A stretch of DNA of 47,764 bases from Rhizaria sp. SCN 62-66 (Eukaryota): the NCBI GenBank assembly GCA_001724265.1, contig MEDY01000226.1, positions 1-47,764 on the forward strand, written 5' to 3'. Both the position numbers and the translations under genes were made by a program. Under the pieces are notes generated by a model. The model saw nothing but the letters and a program-made list of their open reading frames with translations, ran no database searches and had not been told where the DNA came from. How positions within the stretch are numbered: position 1 is the first letter of the stretch; the number at the start of each line of letters is the position of its first letter. Shown here one piece after another: positions 22,701 to 32,725 of the stretch.

Positions 22701-25700
22701 TGCGCGCCCAGGTCCGCACAGTACGACGCGTCGACGGGCATCGCGAGCGACGCCGAGTAGCAGGCCGAGGCGCGGGTCTCAGCGCCGACGCCGCAGGCGA
22801 CGTCACAGCCCGACCAGCCGCCCGGCAGCACGGTGGCCGCGAGCGTCGGGATGGTGGTGTTGATCGTGATAAGGCCGCCGAACGCGGTCGAGCCCGCGGC
22901 CTCGTTCTCATCACAGCTCACGGTCGCGTTGAGCGGCGCGCCGTTGGACGAGAGCGCCCATACTTCGTCAGACGTGCAGCGCCAGCCATAGCTCTGGCAT
23001 TGATACAACACGCACGTCTCGGTCGACGCAGGCGCGTCGCCGATAGACGCGCACTCCGAGGCCGGCAGCGCCTCGCCAGTGGTCGAGTGCGTGCACGTGA
23101 CCACTCGGGTGCGCTCGCCGGGCGGGTCTTCTGGGTACGTCAGGCACAGCTTCGCGCAGTCGGACCACGGGCTGTGTAAGAAGAGTTAGCAGCAAAATAC
23201 ACATGAAGTATCGGACGAGTGAGCCAAGCAAAAAAGATGATATATGCAATAGAAAGCCAACCGAATGAACCGAAGATTAGAAAAAAAAGGTGAATATTTA
23301 GCAAGTGAATATTTGTTGTTTAGACGTACCCGACATGCCAGACGCGGTTGTAGCAGTCGTAGTTAGCGCAGGGGACGACCGAGGCGGGCGCGACAAGGTG
23401 CGCGCAGAGCGATGAGTCGATGGTTTTGTTGTCCGATAGGCGGAAACACGTCACGGTGCGCGTGCGCACTGTGGTGTCGCAAGGCGCTAGCACGGTCGCG
23501 GTCACCTCGCCGATGGTGACGCCGCGCAGATCCCACACGATGGGGTCTTCGTCTAGGATCAGCGTCGTGTTATCTACGTCAATAGTCTCCGTGTAGGTCG
23601 TGACGACCAGGATAGGGTCCTCCACTGTAGGGTCCGTAATCTCGATAATGTCAGCGGTCTCTGTCCCGTCGGCTCTCTCGGGCATCACCTTGACGGGACC
23701 CTTTTGGTCGGGCTTGGCGCTGGTGGTGCGTGCGCGGATGCCCGTGCTGGCTAACACACTGGCTGCGGCGCTCGCGACAGGGACAGCGTCGACACTGCTG
23801 AGTACACTGCCGGCAGTGGGCGGAAGACATGGCCCGTACTCGCCCGCGAGCCAGCCGACCGCGGGCGTGGTTTCACAGGCCATGGAAAACTGACCTGTCG
23901 TTGACGACGTCTCTGTGGCGATGCAGCGGCCCGACGTCGTGCCCGCCGCGCACACCGCGCCTACGGGCTTGTGAAGCGCGTTGAGGGCGTCGGAGATCAT
24001 CAGCACGGCGGGATCGCTAGTGCACGTGGAGCCGAAGAGACAGCGCTCAGTGCACGGCGACGCCTCGTCGGGCCCGCACGGCGTGAGCCCGTAGCGGTCG
24101 CAGACCGACGGCGAGCACTCGCCCTGGACGCCGCAGTAGCCGACGCCCGAGACGCCCAGCCCTCGGTCGCAGGAGTCGCGCGTGGTCAGCAGGCGGCACG
24201 CGGTCGAGCAGCACGGCATGTCGTCCGAGCACTCGGCGCCTGTGCGCAGCTGACAGTACTTGTCGCAGCAAGGGTGACCCGCGGCTGTGAGCACCACGGA
24301 GCCCGGGTCACACTGCTCGCCGTCGTCCAGCACGCCGTTGCCGCACGCGGGGGTCAGCGCGGGTAGACAAGCCGCGCCGGACACGCGCTCAGACGCGTGC
24401 GCGGGCGCGACGTGGTTGATGACGTTCGTCAAGTGGTTGCACATCGGCGTGCGCGCGCCCGCGGCGGAGAAAGCCACGCGCTGCGGGTTAAGCGTGTCGT
24501 TGCTGGGCAGCGTGCCGTAGTTGACGTCAGTCTCAACGGCCATGACGCCACCGTGCGCGTCGCGTGGCGTGGCGCCCAGCGCCACGCCGACGTGCGCGAG
24601 GAACGGCAGAGCCGAGTCGCCCGCGAAGGACGACGCCGAGACGCCGACTTGGTTATTGCACAGCGAGCTGGCGTAGGGCGACGCAGTGGCTGCGGAGGCC
24701 GGCAGCGTGACGGGGCACGCGGTGAGCTGGTGCACCAGCGCGGCGGCGTCGTCGGGCGCGCTGGCGCGGTAGCGTGTAAGAGCGGGTAGGATACCGGACA
24801 CAAGCGCGGGGCACCCCGCGGCGTCGGGGTCGTCGCTGGGCGAGTCGTAGTTCCACGGCGTGGACTTGTTCGTCGACGGCGAGGTCATGAGCAGCACGCG
24901 CGCGGCCGCCAGATGCAGTGATAGCTGCGGCACGGTGATGGTGTTGGCCCAGGCCAGCAGCACGGCGACGCGCGAGAGCACGATCAGCGGCGAGGCGCCC
25001 GTGGCGAGGTAGTACCCGTAGTCGACCAGGAAGGTTACCGTGAGCAGCCGGGTCACGTCCTGATGCGGGATGCACTGCGGGAACGGTACCACCGTCTGCA
25101 GCTTCGCCTCAGTTGGATCTGTCGTTGTATTTGTTGTTGTTGTCGTGGTGGCCGTGGCCACGGCTGCCAACCCGGCGGTCCCCGCGGCCATGTCCACGGT
25201 GCGGTGGTACATCGCGGCGTCGGGAATGACCACGTCAATGGTCTCACGGCCATCAGCGGCCGCAGCGGCTGCGGCAATGTTGGGGTCGCCGGGCCCGTAA
25301 TAGCCGACGTTGAAGCCATCTAAGTAGCTAGGCAGCCCGGCGTCGGCTATCACGTCGATGATGACGCCCGACCCCGTCTCGGTCCCAACCTCCCCCTCGG
25401 TGCCGATCTCGGTGTCAATCTCGATCTCGACTCCGGTCTCCACTTCGGTGTCGTCGGTCTCAGCTTCAGTCAGAGTGTCGGGTTCGACCGTTGTCTCCAC
25501 GTCTGCCTGCGGGGCAAACACTCTGGCGCGGGTGCGAGCGCGAGCGCGGGCAAGAGAATGCGAGCGCGATGTACTCGAGCGAAGGCTCCGAGAGCGGGCA
25601 CTAGCCGTGCGGTGCCGCGCAGAGCTGGCGCTGGCACGAGGCGAGCCAGCAGAAGAGCTGACGGGACGCGACACGATGACTGAGCCGGGGGCCGGCGCGC

Positions 25701-26673
25701 TGCCGCCGCGGCGAACGCCGACGAGTCCTCGGCCGCCGCGCGCCACGGACGCCGCGCGTGCCTGGCGCACCGTCGCAGCGCCAGCGGCCGCTGTAGAAGC
25801 GGCGACGTTCGCAGCGAGGCTCTGTGCGGCAAACGCAGACTGCGCTTGCTGCTCTTGTTGCTGTTGTCTGTTGTTGTTATTGTTGTTAATCTGCGCGCGC
25901 AGCCCGTCCAGTCCCCCGCGCGCGACGCCAGCCGCCGCGGAGCTGGGTTTGCGTGCCTTGGCGCTGGCAGTGCTGGGGATCCAGGCAGCGGGGAGGACGT
26001 CCAGCTCGCCGAAGAGAGGACCGGAGATGCGACCTGCAACCGAAAGCGCCGATGCGGGCGTGAGCGCAAGGGCAGCAAGCTGGGCCGTCACAGGGACTGC
26101 GCGGGAGCGGGAACTTGGACTCGCGCTCGCGCTCGCGCCAGAGCTCGAGCTCGAGCTCGATCTTGAGTCAGCATTTGAGATAAAGCGAGCAGAGGAAGCA
26201 GCGGCTCTGCCAGACGCGACGGCCGCGGCCGCGAGGGGCGCGGCGGACGCTATACTCGGCATGTCAGCGCTTTCCGGCGGGATGATCGTGAAGAGTGCGG
26301 TGACAGGTGCCCCGTTTTGCTCGAAGGTGGCGTGGTACGTCAGCAGTGGAATCGTGATGTCTTCAGAATGGGTGTCGGATGTGAACACGGTCGCCGTGGG
26401 CTGAGTGAACAGGTTCGTTAACAGCGTCAGGTTGAGGTCGTAGGAGACAGACTCGGCCACAAAGCGCACGCGGAGACGATCTCCGAAGGGTGCACGCGTG
26501 TTGGAGCCCGGCGCGGGGAATGCAGCGGGCGTGAAGGACGCGAACGGGGAAGAGACCGAGGTGAAGGCAACATCGAGGGCTGAGAGCGGGGTGGGTGCTA
26601 ACCCTAAAGCGGCAACAGCTGGTGCTACAAGGCATAGCCACATCAACAGCATGTTCAGCACCACCCGCCACAT
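15176..26673 (-). CDS. Giant type-I membrane protein, ~3779 aa: signal peptide, prodomain-like region, inactive reprolysin-like domain, disintegrin, ~11 TSP1 (ADAMTS-type) repeats, EGF-like repeats, TM, Q/N/G/Y-rich tail; exons 26673-23330, 23171-15176
   Basis: The two large ORFs join through a phase-2 intron giving WHVG|PWSDC. Disintegrin CGNGVLDDGEQCDPG..CC..C. Repeated W.xG.W..C...CG.G...R.V.C. TM VIAASVAAAVAVLLLIVFIAV followed by RCSRARRKR. Stop TAA. Confidence 0.85.
16721..16753 (-). repeat. (CAG)11 polyQ run, one of several in the receptor tail (15896-17405)
   Basis: CTG array on the + strand. Confidence 0.9.
23172..23329 (-). other. Spliceosomal intron joining the two giant ORFs
   Basis: GTACGT donor, AT-rich body, GCTAAC branch point ~15 nt before the ACAG acceptor. 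Confidence 0.9.
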
Positions 26674-27206
26674 TGCTGCGGCTTCAGTCAGACGCGCCAG
26701 TGGCGCTGCGAGAAGGAAGAAAGGGAGTGGGCTAGTGCGGTCTCAAGGGGCCAAGTTAGCGTCAAAAACGATCTATTAAAGGATCAAGCTGTCGAAAATA
26801 AAATACCGAAAAAGGTGATTAGGTGAATTAAAAAACGTCAATTAAGATAAAACTTCAAACAGACCGTTACACGACAGTGAGTATGCACGCGTGACGTTTT
26901 TGTTAATCATCCGAACCCATCTCGAGTCGGTTGGCTGATTGAGACTGAAGTCAGGGTTCAAACAGTCGAAGCCACGTGTTCTAGCCGAAAATGTTCGAGT
27001 TTGCTTGTTTTCCTTCCTACAGCACAGAAAAATGCAGGTGATTTCGCTAGTCACCATGTTGAACTATCTATGTATTCTACTAACCAATGTCATACTATCA
27101 TATAATGCCAGTAGATCTGGCCGATAGGCTTGGCCTCTTCCAGCTGCTCTTCCCCTCACTCGTCATCATACCTAGCAAACGCCCTCACCCGCGCGCCGCC
27201 ACGCAC

Positions 27207-28382
27207 TCATGCCCGACCCGCGGCGGCGACGGTCTGCTCGACCTCCGCGCGCGATGGCATCGACGGCAGCGTGCCCTTGCGCGAGACACACACCGCGGCG
27301 GCGGCGGCGGCGCGGCCCATCGCCTCGCGCGCAGGGCGTTGCTCGACAGCCCAGGCGGCTGCGAAGACGCCGCGGAAGCAGTCGCCCGCGCCCGTGGTGT
27401 CGACCACGCGGCCGCCGATCGGCGCCGCGGCCGCCACGCTCGCTTCCACAATCACATCGCTCGCCGACACGGCCACAGGCGTCGCGGCACCATCGGCGGC
27501 AGCGTTGCAGTTCTCGCTCTTGCGGTCGCTGTCGAGCGCGGCCTGGGTGGTGAAGAGGATGGCGCCGTGCTCGCCAAGCGTGAGCAGCACGCGCCGCACG
27601 CCGCGCGACAGCAGCGCCGCCGCCGCGGGCAGAATCGGTGTCGGATCAACCTCGCACACGCCCCACTTGTCGCCGTTCCCATCAGTTGCAGCCATCGTCT
27701 TGACGGCGTCAGCGCTGAGGATGTCAAGCGGCACGTCGGCGCCGGCAACGCGCGCAAGCTCGGTCTCGTTGAGCGAGATGAGCGCAAGGTACGGCAGCAC
27801 CGCAGTGTCGATCGCACTGGCGCGGCCGCCGACGTCGAGCATCGCCGGTACGCGCGCGGCGGCGGCGGCGCGCGCCACGGCAAGGTTCACGGTGTCGGGG
27901 ATCTCGCGCTGCAGCAGCACGGCGCCCGCGGACGCCACGGCGGCGGCCTCGGCGGCGGAGAGTGCGGCGCCCGAGTCGGCGTGCGCGGGCCACTGCTCGT
28001 TGGCGCCCAGCGCGATGATGATCGAGTTGTGCGAGGAGGCGTCGAGGATGATGAAGGCCTGGCCCGTGGGGTGCTCGGTGTGGCGCGTGACGAACTGCGT
28101 GTTGACGCCGCAGTTGGCGAAGGCAGAGAGGAACATGTCGCCATGGCCGTCGGTGCCGACCTTGCCGACGAAGAAGACGTCATTCTTGCTCTCAGCTCTG
28201 TCAGATTTGGCAGCGTCGAGGTACTTGGCGGCGGCGCCGGCCTGGTTAGAGCCCTTGCCACCGGGGCCGATCATGCTCTGCACGCCGTCAACGGTCTCGC
28301 CAACTTTAGGGACAGACTGCACCTCGATGTAGATGTCAGCATTTGCACTGCCGACGACCACAAGGCTCTTGTTAGACGACAT
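27207..28382 (-). CDS. RBKS: Ribokinase (PfkB family), 391 aa
   Basis: VVVGSANAD, GGKGSNQA, LLQREIP, NETEL and VDTTGAGDCF motifs. Stop TGA. Confidence 0.93.
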   Translation of the reverse strand: MSSNKSLVVVGSANADIYIEVQSVPKVGETVDGVQSMIGPGGKGSNQAGAAAKYLDAAKSDRAESKNDVFFVGKVGTDGHGDMFLSAFANCGVNTQFVTRHTEHPTGQAFIILDASSHNSIIIALGANEQWPAHADSGAALSAAEAAAVASAGAVLLQREIPDTVNLAVARAAAAARVPAMLDVGGRASAIDTAVLPYLALISLNETELARVAGADVPLDILSADAVKTMAATDGNGDKWGVCEVDPTPILPAAAALLSRGVRRVLLTLGEHGAILFTTQAALDSDRKSENCNAAADGAATPVAVSASDVIVEASVAAAAPIGGRVVDTTGAGDCFRGVFAAAWAVEQRPAREAMGRAAAAAAVCVSRKGTLPSMPSRAEVEQTVAAAGRA

Positions 28383-28874
28383 CTAAGTTGCGTCTGGAGT
28401 AGTAAGATTAGACAAGCAAACGTGAGAGGACACCTTGAGATATACAAGTATAGATTTGCATCCCTGTCGCGAAGTCACTTAAGTATCATAGGAATCTAGG
28501 TCGTCACGATTGACAGTTACGTTAGCGACATATTTATCCTCAAAGTAGAGGTTCTCGGTGCTAGCCGGGAATGGCCCGAAGAGCCTCAGTCAGCAGCATC
28601 GGCTGAGGTGGCACGTTTTACAGAGTGAAACCCAATCTTGCAGTCCGTCTATTGCGATATGCAACGTAGATCCTGAAACGCCCGGGCTAATATAAGCTGG
28701 TGTTGCGTTCGACTGGCATTTTATGCTGCTATATCACCCTACGATGTTGTTTGAAGCTAACTCACTGATTCTTAGCCGAAACGCTCCTTCACTCTTCCGC
28801 ATCCGCTCGGTTTTATCGATAGGATCAACACACCCTTGGGCCACGTTACAGCTTCATTTAGCCTTAATATTTAG

Positions 28875-30500
28875 ATGCCTTACAAGCACGGTCGCAGCGC
28901 GTCGCCGGCGCGTTACGTCCCGCAGCACGCCTCCTCGGTGGATACCTCCCTGGTTCACGCCATGCAGACCCACTTAGCTCCTGCTGGGCGCGCGCGGTCC
29001 CAGTCGCCTGCCCGGCCGCAGTCGCCCGCGCACGCGACGTCGCCCGCGCGTCCGCAGCATCAGGCCCAGGGGCAGCACGTCCGGTCCAAGTCCCCGGCTC
29101 CGCGCGCGCAGCTTGTGGTCGCCACCTCCCGAACTGGCAGCAGCAGTGGCGGGCACTTCCACGGCAGTGGCAACGATAGTCCCAAGCACGCTCACAACCA
29201 GCAGCATCACCAGCAGCATCACCAGCAGCATAAACATCATCACCAACAGCACAATAAGCACCAGCACAACAAGATCGCGGGGGCTCCGCTCGCGACGCCC
29301 GCAGCCGCGTCCCCACGCGTCCTCAGCACTCAGAAGATCATTGCCACCTCCGCCGCTGCGCCTGCCGCTGCGCCTGCCACTGTGCCTGCTGTTGCTGCTG
29401 CGGCGGCATCGCCTGTGGCCGCGACGCCTACCGGCACGCCCCGCGTGCTCGTGGTGACGGCCGTTGCCAAGGATGGCAAGGACCACGGTCACGGCCCGGG
29501 CCAGAGTAAGGCCAAGGCCAAAGGCCTGGTGAAGGGCAAGAATATCGCGATCAGTGTCGGCGGCGCCGTCGTTGTTAAGAAGGCCCAGCTGCAGCCCGCT
29601 GCTGCCGCCACCGCCGCCACCGGTGCCGTGAGCCATGCCGCGGCCGGCCCCGTCGCCGCCGGCCCGAGCGCGATGACCGACAACCCTCTGGTGGCGGCAT
29701 TCCTCGCGCAGGCCGCACCGCCCCCCGCGCCCGCCTTCGCCCACGCCGCGCACAGCGCCGCCGCCGCGTCGCTCGGTCTTTCGGGCTCGACCGCCAGCTA
29801 CAACGCCTCAACACACAGCGCCTCCGCGCACGGCGCCGAAGCGCGCTCGCCGGGCGCCAAGAAGCGTATCCGCACCAGCATCGGCGCCGCGCACAGTCAA
29901 AACCTCGCTCACGGTCACGTTGCTGCCGCGGATGGCAGTGCCGCGGACAACGACGTCCAGTTGCCTGCGCCGGTGACGACAAGCTCTATTGGCCGCGCGC
30001 CGCTGAGCATCACCACGTCCGCCGCGGCCCACGGTCACAATCTCGCCCACAGTCACGTTGGCGGGCACGCAGCTCACGGCCACGCTGCTCACAGTCTCCA
30101 GGGACTGGCCCACGGTTACTCGGCGGTGGACCCGCGCGCGTTGTCATCGCGTCTCGGCTTGCCCGACACGGTCCTGCCCGCCAACGCCAGCGTCGTCGTC
30201 CAGGTCGTCACCAAGAACCTCCCCGCTGTCCAGAGCGCCAGCCACAACAGCGCGGGCGCAAGAGCATCTTTCAGCGACAGCGGCGACGCCGCCGCTGCTG
30301 GTGCGCCGGCGTTGCGCAGCGGCAGCGGCAAGGGCGTTGTGATCACGACGCGTAAGCGGTCGCTGCCGGCCAACGCCACCGTCGACGCCGACGCCGCCGA
30401 GCCCTGCGAGCCGGAGCTGCAGCAGCTGCAGCAGCTGCGCGATCAAGACAATGAGTTCGAACGCGTGCAGCAGCAGCAACAGCAGCTGCAACAACAGCAA

Positions 30501-30534
<34 letters not shown>

Positions 30535-32309
30535 TCTTGCAGCCGCACTTGCAGCACGAGGCCGAGGCCACCAGCGCTCGTGCCCCGCAGTCGCTGCACA
30601 GCTCTCTGCTGCGCGCGCAGCACCGGTCCGCTCTGCTGGCCTCGGCGCCCGCCGCCGCGTCCCTGCTTTCTGCGGAGGCGCTGGCCTCGGGGCTCAGCGG
30701 CGCGGCGCACGTCTTCGTGCGCAACCTCTCTGCCGACCTGGACGAGGCCGCGCTGCTGCGCGAGGTCTTCACCGACGGCGACGTCGACGTGCTGCGCTGC
30801 GTGCTGCACCGCCACGCCGACTCTGGCGCACCGCTGGGCTCGGCAGAGCTCGCGCTGCCTTCGCTGCGCGCCGCGGAACTCCTGGTCACGCGTCACCAGG
30901 GCCGAGTCGTGCACGGCCGCCCGCTGCGCCTCGCGCTCTGCGCGCAGGCCGCGCTCAAGCCGCTCAACAACAACGCGCGTAGCACCGCGGCGGGCTCTGC
31001 CGGCGTCGGCTCTGTGTTCGCGCACTTCTCGCCCCCTCCCTCCGCAGCGGCGCACGTGCCCGTGCCCGTGCCCGCTCCCGCAGCTGCAGCCGCGGCGGGC
31101 CCGGCGCCCGAGAGCGCGGCCGTGGCGGCGGCATCAGAGGCCGCGCTGGCCGCAGAGCGCGCCGCCGCTGCCGAGGCCGCGACAGTGCTGTCGACGGGCT
31201 CTGACCCCGTGTATCTGCACGCGCAGGCGTTTCTGTCCCCTGAATACCTCGACGTCGCCAACGCGGCGTACTCGAGCCAGTACCTCACGCACCCGCTTGC
31301 TCGCACGCTGCTGCCGGCGCCACCGCGCGTGGCCTTCGAGCCGAGCTGCGGGCAGACGTGGCACCAGTTCGCGCTGCTCGCTATCGCGCGCTCCGACCGG
31401 TCGCGCGCGCTCGCCCGTCCACCGCTGCCGCAGCAGCTGCAGGGGTTACCGCCGCCCGCGCCGCTTCCGCTGGGTTGCGTGTCGCCCTTCGCGCATCCCT
31501 GGGCGTCGTTTGACGGCGTCGACCTTCGGCGCAACGCGGCGTGTCTGCGCGCCGGCGCCGCGGGCCCCGTGCGCGGGGGCGTCCACATCGAGGCCGTGAT
31601 CGACGGCGCCGATGGGCTGAGCTCGCAGCAGATGGTCGACCACCTCCGCAACGCCGCCGCCGACGAAGGCATTCCGCGGTACGAGCGCGACATGACGCAG
31701 CGACTCGACTTCGACGCCGCGCTGGCAGCGGTCGAGGCCGGCGGGCGCAAGCTGGCGCAGCGGTGGAGCTGGCTCGACGTCGAGCTGCAGCCCGCCGACA
31801 CCAGCGCGACCGAGTTCGCGCTCGAGTGGGAGCCGGAGGGCCGGGAGCGGCTGCGGCGCGTGCTGGCCGAGGACGCGCGCCGCGACCGCGAGCGGTGGCG
31901 CTGGGAGCAGGAGGAGCGCGAGCGCCGCGAGAGGTCCGGCCGTGAGAGTGACCGCGACCACAACCGTGATTTTGACCGTGGCTTTGACCGTGATCGCGGC
32001 CGCGACTTTGACCGCGACCGTGCGCGCAGTAACGGCAGTGGCGGCGGCGGTGGCGGCGGCGGTGGCGGTCAGGGGCGGGACTTTGACCGGGGCCGTGACC
32101 GCACGCCTCCGCGCTCTGGGAACGGTCATGCTCAAGGCAATCGTGGGTTTGACCGTAACCGTGGCCCTGGTGGGGACCGTGGGCGTGACCGTGAGCGCGG
32201 TCAGAGTCGCGATCGCGAGGGCACCGGCAACCGGGGGCACAACAACGGCTCGAACCGGCAGGGCTCCGGCGTGCAGGGTCAAAGCGCGCATATTCCCAAC
32301 GCAGCTTGA
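28875..32309 (+). CDS. 1144-aa RNA-binding protein: one RRM (~30708-30940) plus an RD/RE/RG-rich C-terminus
   Basis: RNP2-like VFVRNL, RNP1-like PLGSAELAL, GRPLRL end. Low-complexity SPAR, QQHH and polyQ segments. Stop TGA. Confidence 0.78.
30468..30533 (+). repeat. CAG/CAA polyQ run
   Basis: Direct reading. Confidence 0.9.
31948..32220 (+). repeat. Degenerate (TTT)GACCGY repeats encoding DRDFDRG units
   Basis: Multiple TTTGACCG and GACCGC/GACCGT copies. Confidence 0.75.
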
Positions 32310-32725
32310 TCATGACAGGTAAAACAACGAACAATGTAACACTTCTTTGTTTGACCCGTCCAGGATATCACTTACGCTGGCCGTGTGGGACGACCTAGTT
32401 TTTGAATTTATTTAAGCTGTACTTGCCAACCTTAACAAACATGTATCAATACACCTTCTCAAATTTAAATCATCCTTTGTCTGGGTCTTTCCGTTGATGC
32501 GCTGTCATTGACACCTGGTCAGCAGCAACAACTTCAAGTCCTATTCGGTACTGCTGAAATTTATCTAGGTAATTTCAAGTTAAAAAATCGTTTTTTAGAA
32601 TTTAATTAGCAGTACTACAGTTTATCTTGCAGAAAATTATCACATTTAAGTCTAAATTTTGTATTTAGATCCCAACCCCCGTTGCAGCAGGTTATTAAAG
32701 TTCGCACTGCGTGTCAGTGAATACG

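Noticed and set aside
28383-28874. In-frame TAG immediately before the ribokinase and RRM ATGs as readthrough extensions
   Set aside because: The upstream DNA is AT-rich and non-coding-like, and both proteins start sensibly at the ATG.
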